From Longimicrobiales bacterium (GTDB lineage Bacteria > Gemmatimonadota > Gemmatimonadetes > Longimicrobiales > Gaopeijiaceae): 64,000 nt of DNA. The notes under the pieces are model-generated. The model searched no databases. It saw only the letters and a list, made by a program, of their open reading frames with translations, and had not been told where the DNA came from. The position numbers were made by a program, and so were the translations under genes. Location: contig CBDFIQ010000002.1 in NCBI GenBank assembly GCA_965248195.1, forward strand, positions 544,001-608,000, in the 5' to 3' direction. Shown here piece after piece: positions 8,647-18,594 of this stretch (its first letter is position 1; the number at the start of each line of letters is the position of its first letter).

Positions 8647-9203
8647 CAGGTCGTCGAGCCCCGCAGTGCACTCGGACTCGCTGTCGCCCTCTGCGTCCTC
8701 ATCCTGGCCCCCGGGCTCGTGGTCAGGTCCAACCAGAAACGCCGGGCGATCCCGTAAATCAGGCTGTAGACCTGCTCAGCAAGCGCACGACCGAGTTCGA
8801 AGGTGTCGAACGGGCTTAGGTGTTCTGGATCGATAGCGAGCGCGGCCGGAAACCGGTCGAGGAAATCGTATTGCGCGTTGGGGTCGCCGTGCTCCGCGTC
8901 CCCAAGGAGCCCCAAGAGACCCGTCGCTTGGCGGACCGTCACGTTCTCGAGGGCGAGTGGGCCACCGGGCCGGTCGAGCGTCACACCCAGATCAGCGAGC
9001 GACGCCTCCGCCAGCTTGATACGATCCGGGAATTCCTGCATGAATCGGTAGTGCGCACTGAAATCGGACTCGACGCTAGACATCATCCGGAGGAATCCCA
9101 ACGCCTCTGAGACCGTGAGCACGTTACAGCGAACGACGAACCCACCCTCGAGCTCGAACGCTACTCCGTCGTAGCTCTCGTAGGTCGCCTCGCTTCGCTC
9201 CAT
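8646..9203 (-). CDS. Putative tail assembly chaperone (G-like)
   Basis: Between tail tube and tape measure; SD GGAG; internal repeat. Confidence 0.5.
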   Translation of the reverse strand: MERSEATYESYDGVAFELEGGFVVRCNVLTVSEALGFLRMMSSVESDFSAHYRFMQEFPDRIKLAEASLADLGVTLDRPGGPLALENVTVRQATGLLGLLGDAEHGDPNAQYDFLDRFPAALAIDPEHLSPFDTFELGRALAEQVYSLIYGIARRFWLDLTTSPGARMRTQRATASPSALRGSTT

Positions 9204-9226
9204 CTATTCAACTCCCCGGGAGATAC

Positions 9227-10186
9227 TCAGTCGAAGAGGATGGCGAGATCACGGAGCAGATAGTCGATCTCCCAGCCAGTGAACCGATTGTCATCGGTCG
9301 GACGCGGGGCCGTGATCACGCGGGCATCGTTCACGTCGATCTTGATCTGGTTGTACTGGACCGATCCGAGCGTGGAATCGATCGTGTTCACCGTCCGAGC
9401 CGAGAGATTCGTGTGCGGATCGTAGGTCGAGAGAGCCACAGCCCGAGCGCTCACAGTGAACCGGGACTGCCGATCCGCGATGTGGAAACCATCGATCGCA
9501 TCGGCCGCGTTGGCGTCGTCGAGACGCACGATATCGTTACCCAGATCGACAGACGCCGAGGAAACGTTCGGGGTCCATCCGCCGATCAGGAGACCCAAGC
9601 TCACGGCCCCGGGCGATTCCACCGAGTCGTACGTAATCGACGGCATGGCGATTTCCGTGATCGAGGCGACCATGCCTTGCATCACGAAGCGCATCCGCCC
9701 GAGCTCACCGGCCAGGAGGTCCCAGACCAGGTTGCCCCGGCAGCCGACGATCTTGTAGAGCTTGCCGCCGGCATACGCCCAGATTGTCGCGCTCCCGTGG
9801 CCGGTATCGGCGAACGCGTAACTGACCGACTCAGTGCTGACCGTGTCGTCATGCGTCCGCGCGAGGCCGGCCGCTGTCAGGAGCGGATCCACTTCCGGAC
9901 GTATAGGGGTACCGGATGCATATGCGACTCCGGCACCCTTGAGTTCGACGGCGAAGTCGAGCGAGATCATGTGGCCCCTTGGTACCGCGGGGATCGCTTC
10001 GGTCAGGCCCCCGACCGCCACGTTTTCACGCTCGTTCCCGAACGCGTACTCGTCCCCGAGCTGCGACCACAACCGCCCGATCACGCGGACGCCATCGGTA
10101 CCGACGACCGGAGCAGCGTCGGTGCCGTAGGTGGTCTCCACTTTCGCGAGGAGGCCATCAATCTTGATCGGGTGGGGGTAGGGCAT
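9227..10186 (-). CDS. Phage tail tube protein
   Basis: LLAKVETTYGTDAAP N-terminus, F.VELKG.G...P.VDPLL.A.G, YKIVGCRGN; SD GAGGAGG. Confidence 0.8.
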   Translation of the reverse strand: MPYPHPIKIDGLLAKVETTYGTDAAPVVGTDGVRVIGRLWSQLGDEYAFGNERENVAVGGLTEAIPAVPRGHMISLDFAVELKGAGVAYASGTPIRPEVDPLLTAAGLARTHDDTVSTESVSYAFADTGHGSATIWAYAGGKLYKIVGCRGNLVWDLLAGELGRMRFVMQGMVASITEIAMPSITYDSVESPGAVSLGLLIGGWTPNVSSASVDLGNDIVRLDDANAADAIDGFHIADRQSRFTVSARAVALSTYDPHTNLSARTVNTIDSTLGSVQYNQIKIDVNDARVITAPRPTDDNRFTGWEIDYLLRDLAILFD

Positions 10187-10468
10187 CTAAGCCTCCTCGC
10201 CGGCTGCTGCCGGGTCCTCAAGTTCGTTGATGCGCCGCTCGTAGTGAGCGGCGGCCGTGGGGCGTCGATCGATTCTCTGGAGCCTGTGGAGCATCTCGAC
10301 GTCGTCGATCTCGGCGAGTGACTCTTCGAGAGTCCTGACCTTGATCTCGGCTGGATCGAACGGAAGCTCTTGACTCGTGCGGGCCCGGTCCTGCGCATCC
10401 TGGAAGCCTGCCGACGTCGGCGCCGGCATCGTCTCGCGAGGTTTGCCCGCGGTCTCTTTCTTGCTCAT
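10187..10468 (-). CDS. Phage hypothetical protein
   Basis: 93-aa acidic ORF in the head-tail cluster, ATGA-coupled. Confidence 0.6.
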   Translation of the reverse strand: MSKKETAGKPRETMPAPTSAGFQDAQDRARTSQELPFDPAEIKVRTLEESLAEIDDVEMLHRLQRIDRRPTAAAHYERRINELEDPAAAGEEA

Positions 10469-10959
10469 GTCTTCAGCTCCGGATCGTTTCTGAGTGTCTG
10501 GTAGTCAACATCGAAGACCGTGGCCGTTCGACCGAAGAAGACCTCTCCGTTCTTGTCGAAATCGCGGGCGGTCTCCGCTTCCTCGATCTGGTGGACGACC
10601 CCGCCGAGCGTCTCGTCGGACATCACGGCGCGCACGGCCCACATCTCGAGCTCGTCCATTTGGTCGTCGGGCGGGTCCCCCGCGATGGCGACCTGTTTCC
10701 GGCTCTCGATGCCAACCCGGACGATCCGGTCGAGCGTGCCAGTGGCACGGGATTCGGACTTCGGGGAGTCGAGCAGGTAGACGATCTGCGACGGCAGCAA
10801 GTCGTGTTCGATCGGGCGAAGCCGCATCCGGTGGACGTTGAGCCCGGCCGGTTTCGTGTAGGTCGCTTCGTTTGGCGTACCGCCGTGGAGCTTGACGGAC
10901 GCCTGGGCGAGTGCGGTCGCGATCGCGTTTACCGCCTGGAGCCGGATCGAGTCGCCCAC
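10465..10959 (-). CDS. Putative tail terminator/completion protein
   Basis: IRLQAVNAIATAL start, LP...VY, D.TLGG, V.YQT..NDP end; position. Confidence 0.7.
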   Translation of the reverse strand: MGDSIRLQAVNAIATALAQASVKLHGGTPNEATYTKPAGLNVHRMRLRPIEHDLLPSQIVYLLDSPKSESRATGTLDRIVRVGIESRKQVAIAGDPPDDQMDELEMWAVRAVMSDETLGGVVHQIEEAETARDFDKNGEVFFGRTATVFDVDYQTLRNDPELKT

Positions 10960-10962
10960 CCC

Positions 10963-11283
10963 TCAACTCTCCTGGAGCATGAGCCGGATCGTTCCGCCGT
11001 CCTCGTCGGCGGGGACGATATTCGACACCAGCCAGCTCGTGCCATCCACCACGACCGTCGCTCCGATGCCCTTCCGCGGCCCGAAATTCGAGAGTCGTCC
11101 GTCCGCGATCACTACCGACGGCTCGGTTGTGAGAACGCCTCCGCCGTAACCGCCCTGGCCCTCACCCGCCTCGACCGGCACGCGATCAAAGTGGCCATAG
11201 GTGGTCTCGCCGCCATTCGTGACGGTCTCACCGGCCTGGCCCTTGATCATGGCCTCGATCTGCGCGGGCGAGTGTAGCGCCAT
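10963..11283 (-). CDS. Putative head-closure/head-tail joining protein (gpFII-like)
   Basis: 106 aa, GATVVVDGTSW.V..I...DGG..RL.L pattern; position. Confidence 0.65.
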   Translation of the reverse strand: MALHSPAQIEAMIKGQAGETVTNGGETTYGHFDRVPVEAGEGQGGYGGGVLTTEPSVVIADGRLSNFGPRKGIGATVVVDGTSWLVSNIVPADEDGGTIRLMLQES

Positions 11284-11289
11284 GGGGCA

Positions 11290-11733
11290 TCAACTCTCCT
11301 CGACGAAGAGCTTCACGGTCAGGTCGTCCGCGGCCACGTACGTCGGTGTCCCGGACGTGAAGAGCTGCCCAAATAGCGACGTGGCAGCCGGGACGTACGG
11401 CATGTTGAGATTCGACTTTGTCGCCACGGAGTTACTCGGCCCGCCGGCGTAGTCGCCCGCCGCGAAATCGATGTGCCCGATCGAATTCAGCACGTCGGCG
11501 TCGCTCGGATCGAAAGCCGCCTGATCCGCCGACGCGGTGAACGTCACGTCGAAGAGCGCCAGCTTGAGCGGAGCGTCCTGATTGCCCTCGTCGACAATCA
11601 CCGCGCCGACGATTCGCCCGCCCTGCCCGTCTGACCCGCCGGCGAATGGGAACTCCAGGAGGCCGCCGACCGCGTCCCCTGCTGCGTAAATCGCGGTCGA
11701 GATGGTCGGCGTGACCTCGATGACCTTCATCAT
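11290..11733 (-). CDS. Phage virion-associated hypothetical protein
   Basis: Beta-rich 147-aa ORF (YAAGDAVGG...) in the head cluster, strong SD. Confidence 0.6.
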   Translation of the reverse strand: MMKVIEVTPTISTAIYAAGDAVGGLLEFPFAGGSDGQGGRIVGAVIVDEGNQDAPLKLALFDVTFTASADQAAFDPSDADVLNSIGHIDFAAGDYAGGPSNSVATKSNLNMPYVPAATSLFGQLFTSGTPTYVAADDLTVKLFVEES

Positions 11734-12095
11734 TCCTCCCCGTCTTCACCGCCGGGCTCGTCCTCGACGAGCGCATCGAGCGCATCGAGGATCTGCCCCG
11801 CCAAGGCCTCCCCGATGCTCTTGAGGGCGACCAGTTCCTCCTCGGTTCCGGGAACTTCGTCGAGGCGATGGATCTCGGCCTTTCGTAGATGTTTGGCGCC
11901 GGGAAATCCATCCGGGATGGCCCCCTCGCCGCCGCCATCCTGACCGTCGTACGGCACGGCGCGGTTGCTGAATATCAGCTCGCGCCCGAACGTCGCGCCC
12001 ACTGTCTGCTTGGTCCGGACCGGCAATGCCTCGCCTTCCTCGCCACGCACGCGAGCGAGCATCCAGACCTCGGCTGTCTCGTTTTTCGATGCCAC
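11730..12095 (-). CDS. Phage protein with C-terminal helix-hairpin-helix-like domain
   Basis: GTG start behind GAGGTG; C-terminal ELVALKSIGEALAGQI. Confidence 0.6.
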   Translation of the reverse strand: MASKNETAEVWMLARVRGEEGEALPVRTKQTVGATFGRELIFSNRAVPYDGQDGGGEGAIPDGFPGAKHLRKAEIHRLDEVPGTEEELVALKSIGEALAGQILDALDALVEDEPGGEDGEE

Positions 12096-12132
12096 GATTT
12101 CACCTCGCATGTTGACTGGACTCACCGGGAGA

Positions 12133-12159
12133 GGGGAGGAGCCCCGAAGGGCCCTCCCC
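12133..12159 (-). terminator. Stem-loop downstream of the capsid gene (terminator or mRNA stabiliser)
   Basis: GGGGAGG..GCCC-CGAA-GGGC-CCTCCCC inverted repeat (UUCG loop on the minus strand); no clear U-tract. Confidence 0.45.
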
Positions 12160-12185
12160 AACCGATTTCCGGCGAATCACTTGGT

Positions 12186-14753
12186 TTAAGTGACGTCCGC
12201 GTCCTGAACGGCCGAGAAAGCCGCCGGATGACGCACGGCGATGCCGGCCATCTGGAAGGACGTGAGTTCGATCACACCCTGCTTCTTCAGGCGGTACGGA
12301 TCGACCACGAGCTCGTAGGCGCCCCAGTAACCGACCATGAGCTGCGACCACACGCCGAAGAACACGGCGTGCAGGTTCGTGCCCGTGCCCTTGGTCAAAC
12401 CGGAAGGAACCTGCGTCGAGACGTGAGCCGGGTATCCGTTCACCTCACCCTCCATGCCACCCGTCCACACCGGACGACCGTTCGAGGTAGCGAACTCCTC
12501 GGTCTTCTTGAGCTTGCCCCGCACGCCCGGAGTCGTCAGATACGCCATCGACCCGATGTCCGCGTTGGCCGTAGCCACGTCGGTCTCGAGATCGACCATG
12601 TGCGCGTAGGTCGGAGCTCCTCCGTTCGTGCCGATCGCCACATCCCCGATCCCGGTCGTCTGCCGCACACCGGTCGGTTGGTTGCTGGCGCCCGATCCGT
12701 TGATCGCCGCCAAGTCGATGCCCAGCGCGGTGATCAGCGCCAGATCCATCTTCACAAGGTTGTCGACGTCGACGACGCCTTCGGACAGGAGTTGGCGGCT
12801 GTACGCCGTGCTGCTCTGCCCGGTCTTGGGATCCAGCGCGACCTGCGTGAACGTCATGTCGCTGTCGGCCACGTCGGATGCGGGATCCTCCGCAACCCAA
12901 GTGAACGTCCCAGCCGCGTTCTGCTTCGGGAATTTGACCGGACCCCGGAGCCCCGTGAGGATCGTCGCACCGAGTTGCGCGACCTTCATGCGCGCCCGCA
13001 GAAGATCGATGAAGTCACCGGCCTCCGTGAACACGATATCTCCGCCGGCCGCTGCCGTGCCGGTATCGAGCGCGGCCTGCATGTCGTTGATCTGGGTGAT
13101 CAGCCGCTCACGCGTGGCGAATGGTAGATGTCGGTCGCCTTCGACCGCGGCACGCATTCGCTGCAATCCCACGTGGGTTACCGGCACTCGATCGGACGCG
13201 ACCGCCGGGCGCCGTGCCGGGAAGAAAAATCCGCCGTGGTCTGTGTACCCCTTCGGCAAATTCTTCCGGATCTCATCGGAGACGTCACGCTCGAAGCCCA
13301 CCCACGGCGTGCCCTCCAACTGATGGTTCACCGAGCCCATGATCGCCCGGGTGAGCGAGTACAGCCCCACCTCCCGCTCGGTAAGATGGACGCCCGGAGC
13401 CGTCATCGCTTCCAGGCTCGCCTCTGCCTCGGCGCGGACGATCTCCGCCGCCTGGTCGGTCGTCACACCGGTCTCCAAAAAGCCCTGGATCCGGTTGCCG
13501 ATCTTGTGCTCTCGGCACATTGCGATAATGCCGCTGATCCTTTCCTGCTCCGCAGCGCGGTCTTCGCCGGCGCGAATCTCAGCGGGCGTCTCTAGCGTTG
13601 CGACTCCGCCATCTCCGGCCCCGTCTTGGGCCGCCGCGTCTCCTGGCTTCACGGTTTCCTCCTGGCCGCTTGGGGCCGTTGGATCCGGGGTAGTTGAGTC
13701 TTCGGCCGACGCGTCCCCGTCCGCATCGTCAGTCTTCGGTTTTCCGATCATGTCCAGCACAATTGCCTCGCGTGCCTCTTCCGCTAGCACAGCGAGATCA
13801 CCGAGTGAGAGCACAGGAGCGTCGGGAGCGGGCAGGATCCCCGAATGGATTCCTGTGGCCGCGATGTCGACTCCGTCGTCCGCCTCCGCACGTGACCCGC
13901 GTAGCGCACTCGACTCGACGCCGAGCTCGCCCAGCACCTCCTCGAGCGTCCCGAGTCGGTCCACCATGCCAGCGTCGAGAGCTTGCGTCGCCGTGAGCAC
14001 CGCGCCCTCGCCGTACCCGTTCCGCACACGCTTCTCGTCGACGCCCCGGGCTCGTGCGACCGCTTCAACGAACATGCCGTAGAACTCGTCGACTCGGCCT
14101 TGCATATGCTTCTCGGCAGCCTCGGAGAGAGGCTCGTGCGGGTTGCCCTCGGCCTTGTATTTGCCAGCCTTCACGATCGTGCGGGTGATGCCGGCCTCGG
14201 CCTCGGCCTTCGAGACCTCGGTGTGCATCGCGAGGACCCCGATCGCGCCGGCCAAACCCGACGGCGTGATCACGATCTCGTCCGCATTGACTGCCACCCA
14301 ATAGGCGGCGGAAGCGATCACGCCATCCACCGCGGCGATGATCCTCTTCTTGCCGCGCGCCTCGAAGATGCGAGTCGAGAGCTCCTCGACGCCTTGCACG
14401 CTGCCCCCTGGAGAATCGACGTGGATCACGATCGCGCCGATGTCATCGTTCGCCATCGCTTCGTCGAAGGAGTCTCCGAATCCCTCAAGCGATGTGCCGC
14501 CCGAGAAGCGCGTCATTGAGTCCATGCGAGGAGCGAGCACCCCAAAGAGCGGGAGCACCGCGATGCTTCCCCCGGTCGGCTTGATGTGGTCATGGCGCCG
14601 CGCAGTGATGTCTTGCATCTCTTCATCGCTGATCTCGCCGCCCTCGAGCCGGAGGTTCAGGATATCGATGATTTCCTGCGCTTTGCCCGACTCGATCGCC
14701 CACGGCACCCCGCTGATGAAGCTGAGGACGCGTCTCGGCTCAATGATTCGCAT
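12186..14753 (-). CDS. Fused S49 (SppA/ClpP-like) prohead protease - scaffold - HK97-fold major capsid protein (855 aa)
   Basis: N-terminal VDSPGG, ASAAYW, GAIGV, AGKYKAEGNP; acidic linker; C-terminal WVAE, LDPKT, INGSG..NQPTG, NGYP..VSTQVP, FFG.WS, VRHP.AF; start re-assigned to ATG 14753 behind GGAGGAG. Confidence 0.92.
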   Translation of the reverse strand: MRIIEPRRVLSFISGVPWAIESGKAQEIIDILNLRLEGGEISDEEMQDITARRHDHIKPTGGSIAVLPLFGVLAPRMDSMTRFSGGTSLEGFGDSFDEAMANDDIGAIVIHVDSPGGSVQGVEELSTRIFEARGKKRIIAAVDGVIASAAYWVAVNADEIVITPSGLAGAIGVLAMHTEVSKAEAEAGITRTIVKAGKYKAEGNPHEPLSEAAEKHMQGRVDEFYGMFVEAVARARGVDEKRVRNGYGEGAVLTATQALDAGMVDRLGTLEEVLGELGVESSALRGSRAEADDGVDIAATGIHSGILPAPDAPVLSLGDLAVLAEEAREAIVLDMIGKPKTDDADGDASAEDSTTPDPTAPSGQEETVKPGDAAAQDGAGDGGVATLETPAEIRAGEDRAAEQERISGIIAMCREHKIGNRIQGFLETGVTTDQAAEIVRAEAEASLEAMTAPGVHLTEREVGLYSLTRAIMGSVNHQLEGTPWVGFERDVSDEIRKNLPKGYTDHGGFFFPARRPAVASDRVPVTHVGLQRMRAAVEGDRHLPFATRERLITQINDMQAALDTGTAAAGGDIVFTEAGDFIDLLRARMKVAQLGATILTGLRGPVKFPKQNAAGTFTWVAEDPASDVADSDMTFTQVALDPKTGQSSTAYSRQLLSEGVVDVDNLVKMDLALITALGIDLAAINGSGASNQPTGVRQTTGIGDVAIGTNGGAPTYAHMVDLETDVATANADIGSMAYLTTPGVRGKLKKTEEFATSNGRPVWTGGMEGEVNGYPAHVSTQVPSGLTKGTGTNLHAVFFGVWSQLMVGYWGAYELVVDPYRLKKQGVIELTSFQMAGIAVRHPAAFSAVQDADVT

Positions 14754-16305
14754 CGTTGTCTCCTCCGTTGAGTACGGCAGCCATGCGTGACGAATGCGCC
14801 GCGTTTCCGTTCGCCCTCGGTCCGTCCTCGTCCATCGCGAGAAGCGCGTTCGTGAGAGCGTCCTCTCGGGAGTTAGGGCCGAGCCGGACGCCCTTGCGCT
14901 TCGCGAGCTCCTCCTCGCGTGCCAGCTCGTCAAGCACGTCGCCGAAGTCACGGCCCTGCTCAGCAGCGAGACGGGTGCGCGAATCGAGTCCGAGTTCGAG
15001 CGAGAGTTCGCTAGCCTTGCCGTCCTTGAGCGGATCGATGTTCGGGAAGCCGCGGCCCTGCCAGTCGTGACGTTCGAGAGCTGCTCGATCGCGTACCGGT
15101 AAGTCGATCGCGCGCATGGTGAGCGCCCACTTCAGCCACCATCGGAACACCGGATCATGGACATGCGTCCACGTCCGACGCTGGAGCCGCCGGTAGATAT
15201 CCCGCTCTTGGAGCGAACCGTGGCGGATCGAACTGAAGTTCACGTCACGGAGATCACCAGTCAGGCTGTGGTACGAGGTTTTCAGGCCCGCGGCGATCGT
15301 GTGCAGGATGATTTTATTGAATTCCCCGAACGCCCCGTTCGGGTGCGTGGGGTCGAAGAAATTGGCTTTCAGTCCAGGCGGCAGCGTGTCGAAGACCCCA
15401 GGCTCCATGTCCCAGGTGAAGTCGGTCACACCGTGGGGTAGATCCGGGTCCGGGACCATGCTCGCGTCGTCGTATTCGAACACGCCGCTCTTCGAAGCCG
15501 CGATCCTCGATGCGATGAGTTCCGCCTCCTGGAGCGCCGAGAGCATCTGCGCATCCATGAGAATCGGAGCGAGCCACGAGACGCCGCGCGTTTGCCCCGG
15601 CCGGCGAATCTGATACCGGTGGATGATCTGCTCGGCGGGGATGCGTACGCGCTGGCGCCGAAAACTTCCCTGGAAGTCGAACGGATGCGCGTCCCACATC
15701 CAGTAGGCGACGGGGCGACCCCACTGGTCTATCTCGACGCCCATGCGGATCTCGTTCGTACCCTTGCCGGCCGGCCGGTTGAACTCCTCGTCGAGCTGAT
15801 CAGCGTCGAGGAGTTGAACGGCGAACCCGAATTCGTTGTTAAAGCCGGGCAACATCCGGAGAATCCCTTCGCCGTCCATCGCCTCGGTCTGCAGCACGAG
15901 CTCCGAGATCCCCTGCCACGACAACCGCCCATCCGCCGAGGAGGATCTCGGATCACCCCAACGACGCCACGCCTCTTCAATCTTCTTAGCCGCGCCCTCA
16001 TCGAGTTCGCCGTCGAAACCGAGCGGCTGAGACTGGAGCCGGATGCCGTTCGGTCCGATGATGTTGTCGGCGAGTAGATCGATGAACCGGGAGCAATGGG
16101 CGGTGTTCCGGGCCATCTCGCGGGTGCGCTTTCTTAGGGTACGGAGGTCGCCGCGCACCTCGGCGTCGGCACTCCGGATCGATGCGAGTATCCAGTCCTC
16201 GGTCAGCCGGTTCTGAACTGCCCCACGGAATGCCGTAGCCTTCGGATGCGCCCGCGTGCTACGGTACATCCTGCGAGTCGCCTCACGAAACGGATTAACC
16301 ATCAT
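14740..16305 (-). CDS. Phage portal protein, lambda family
   Basis: LRKRTREMARN, IIGPNG, DGE, MGVEIDQWGRPVAYW, RPGQTRGVSW, LTGD..DVNFSSIR, IDPLKD motifs. Confidence 0.95.
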   Translation of the reverse strand: MMVNPFREATRRMYRSTRAHPKATAFRGAVQNRLTEDWILASIRSADAEVRGDLRTLRKRTREMARNTAHCSRFIDLLADNIIGPNGIRLQSQPLGFDGELDEGAAKKIEEAWRRWGDPRSSSADGRLSWQGISELVLQTEAMDGEGILRMLPGFNNEFGFAVQLLDADQLDEEFNRPAGKGTNEIRMGVEIDQWGRPVAYWMWDAHPFDFQGSFRRQRVRIPAEQIIHRYQIRRPGQTRGVSWLAPILMDAQMLSALQEAELIASRIAASKSGVFEYDDASMVPDPDLPHGVTDFTWDMEPGVFDTLPPGLKANFFDPTHPNGAFGEFNKIILHTIAAGLKTSYHSLTGDLRDVNFSSIRHGSLQERDIYRRLQRRTWTHVHDPVFRWWLKWALTMRAIDLPVRDRAALERHDWQGRGFPNIDPLKDGKASELSLELGLDSRTRLAAEQGRDFGDVLDELAREEELAKRKGVRLGPNSREDALTNALLAMDEDGPRANGNAAHSSRMAAVLNGGDNDANH

Positions 16306-16537
16306 CAGGCTTCCGGTGCCGCAAACTGTAAACTCCGTCTTTCATCACGCCGTACATCCATTCCCAACCCGTGAAAGACAGGAGGAGGACGCCGCCCGAG
16401 AAGATCCAGGCCTCGACGCTCGTGAGGCGGGCAATGCCCCACGTGACCAACGCCCAGCCGCCGAGCCAGGCGATCGAGACCGCGATCTCGGCCCACATGG
16501 TACAGGCGGTCCGTAACGCATTACGAAATCGCCCCAC
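16295..16537 (-). CDS. Small membrane protein preceding the portal
   Basis: Two hydrophobic segments (WAEIAVSIAWLGGWALVTWGIA; AWIFSGGVLLLSFTGW); overlaps both neighbours. Confidence 0.6.
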   Translation of the reverse strand: MGRFRNALRTACTMWAEIAVSIAWLGGWALVTWGIARLTSVEAWIFSGGVLLLSFTGWEWMYGVMKDGVYSLRHRKPDDG

Positions 16538-17042
16538 AACTCACCTTCCGTTTTGAGAACTGGCCTTGCTTGCGAGCGAACGCGACGCGGGCCCGGTATA
16601 CGCCCTGGCCCTTCGTGAGCATGCCCATGTCGGTGAACTCGACCCGGCGACCACTGACCTGAGTCACGGAGTGCGGGTTCAGCGTAAGCTCTTCGATGGC
16701 TGCGTTGAGCTGGCCGAGCACCTTCTCGTCGTGCGTCAGCTCGCCGAGCTGGAGCTCGGATCGATAAATCTCGAAGCGATCGGTGCCCTTCTCGACGTAA
16801 CCGACCATGACGTAGGTGCCGGGAAGTAAGTCTACCGTGGCAGCCTTGGCCTCGCGGACCTCGTAGTAGTCGCCGCTCGAGGAGGTCGCGGCCGTGACAG
16901 CGGCGATCGCGGAGGGGCCGTGGAACTCGTACTTGAGGGTGTAGCCGTCAGACGGCGGCCCGTCGGAGTAGGTTCGGTCCCACTCCCAGTTCGCCCCGAT
17001 GACGAGGGTTTTCGGCTCTGATGTTGGAGGCGTTGGCGCCAA
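16521..17042 (-). CDS. Head completion protein (gpW-like C-terminus with an N-terminal beta domain)
   Basis: C-terminal L.QLNAAIEEL...QVSGRRVEF pattern; position between terminase and portal; TTG start with SD AAGGGA. Confidence 0.6.
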   Translation of the reverse strand: MAPTPPTSEPKTLVIGANWEWDRTYSDGPPSDGYTLKYEFHGPSAIAAVTAATSSSGDYYEVREAKAATVDLLPGTYVMVGYVEKGTDRFEIYRSELQLGELTHDEKVLGQLNAAIEELTLNPHSVTQVSGRRVEFTDMGMLTKGQGVYRARVAFARKQGQFSKRKVSCGAIS

Positions 17043-17140
17043 GGCACAGTCCCTTGTGGGGTCTTAACCCTCTCTGCCAACGTACGTGAGACACGGAGCA
17101 CGCAAAGAATTAGAGTAGGGCGAAGGCAGAGAAAACGAAC

Positions 17141-17590
17141 ATGTTGGGACTGCGAGAGAGAATGGAAGAGAATGGTAGTGCCCCTGGAATCGGGGAGGCC
17201 AAGCGAAGCGCGGCAGCTCCTGCGGACCCGGAGGTAGTAGATAGGCCGCTACGCCGGCGGTTCAGTCCATCGTACAAGCTGCGGATCGTCGAAGAAGCGG
17301 ACCGGTGCACCGAGCCCGGCGAGGTGGGTCAGCTCCTGCGGCGCGAGGGCCTGTACTCGTCGCACCTGACGACGTGGCGCAAGGCGGCGCATAGCGGGTC
17401 GCTGAAGGCCCTGTCGAAGAAACGCGGCCGCAAGCCGGAGCGGAATCCGCTGGATGAGAAGGTACGCAAGCTGGAGCGGCAAAACGCACGGCTCGAGAAT
17501 GAGCTCAGGAAGGCACACCTGATCATCGACGTGCAGGGAAAAGTTGCGGGGCTGCTGGGGATAAGCCTCGACGACGGGACGAACTCTTGA
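17141..17590 (+). CDS. IS3-family transposase OrfA
   Basis: RRRFSPSYKLRIVEEAD...LLRREGLYSSHLTTWR HTH plus coiled coil. Confidence 0.9.
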   Translation: MLGLRERMEENGSAPGIGEAKRSAAAPADPEVVDRPLRRRFSPSYKLRIVEEADRCTEPGEVGQLLRREGLYSSHLTTWRKAAHSGSLKALSKKRGRKPERNPLDEKVRKLERQNARLENELRKAHLIIDVQGKVAGLLGISLDDGTNS

Positions 17591-18594
17591 AGGCGGCCGA
17601 TGAGCTGGCTAAGCACGTCGGTGTAAAACCGGCGTGCGCGGCTCTCGAGGTCTCCCGATCGACGTTCTACCGTCGTCGAGGCCCATCGACCGGGCAACGG
17701 CAGCCCCGCCCGACGCCCGCCCGGGCATTGAGCGAGACGGAACGAGGCGAGGTCTTCGACACGCTGTGTTCGGAGCGGTTCGTGGACCGCTCACCCGCCG
17801 AGGTGGTGGCCACGCTGCTCGACGAAGAGGTCTACCTGTGCAGCGAACGCACGATGTATCGTGTTCTGGCCTCCGAGGTGCCGGTTCAGGAACGCCGGGC
17901 GCAGCGCACCCATCCCGAGTACAAGAAGCCCGAGTTGATGGCCACGGCGCCGAACCAGGTGTGGTCCTGGGATATCACGCGGCTACTCGGGCCGAAGAAG
18001 TGGAGCTATTACTACCTCTACGTCATCATGGACATCTACAGCCGCTACGTCGTGGGCTGGATGGTGGCGGACCGGGAGAACTCGGCCCTGGCCGGCCGGT
18101 TGATCCAGCAGAGCTGCCTGAAGCATGGCGTCCAGCCCCGGGTCCTGACCCTGCACTCGGATCGGGGAGCTCCAATGACGAGCCAATGCACCGCTCAACT
18201 TCTCGCTGACCTCGGCGTGACTCGCTCGTTGAGCCGGCCTCAGGTGTCGGATGACAACCCGTTTTCCGAGGCTCAGTTCAAAACCTTGAAGTACCATCCC
18301 TCGTTTCCCGGGCGGTTCGGGGATCAGGGCCAGGCCAAGACGTTGTGTCGATCGTTCTTCCGCTGGTACAATGCCGAGCACCGCCATGGCGGTATCTCGA
18401 TGCTAACCCCCGAGCAGGTCCACTTCGGGAACGCCGATCAGGTCATTGCCGGCAGGAAATCCGTGCTCCGCGAAGCATGGGCCGCTCATCCCGAACGCTT
18501 CGTCACAGGTGTGCCGAAGCCCAAACCGCTCCCGGAGGCCGTCTACATCAATCCTCCCATCCCTTCCCTCACCACACAGGATATTGCTCTCTAA
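17587..18594 (+). CDS. IS3-family transposase OrfB (DDE integrase core)
   Basis: PNQVWSWDIT, DIYSRYVVGW, LHSDRG, DNPFSEAQFKTLK, WYN.EH.H. Confidence 0.95.
   Translation: MKAADELAKHVGVKPACAALEVSRSTFYRRRGPSTGQRQPRPTPARALSETERGEVFDTLCSERFVDRSPAEVVATLLDEEVYLCSERTMYRVLASEVPVQERRAQRTHPEYKKPELMATAPNQVWSWDITRLLGPKKWSYYYLYVIMDIYSRYVVGWMVADRENSALAGRLIQQSCLKHGVQPRVLTLHSDRGAPMTSQCTAQLLADLGVTRSLSRPQVSDDNPFSEAQFKTLKYHPSFPGRFGDQGQAKTLCRSFFRWYNAEHRHGGISMLTPEQVHFGNADQVIAGRKSVLREAWAAHPERFVTGVPKPKPLPEAVYINPPIPSLTTQDIAL

Noticed and set aside
8600..8800. Lambda G/GT programmed frameshift
   Set aside because: No convincing slippery heptamer found by eye; the genes are joined by a TGATG overlap.
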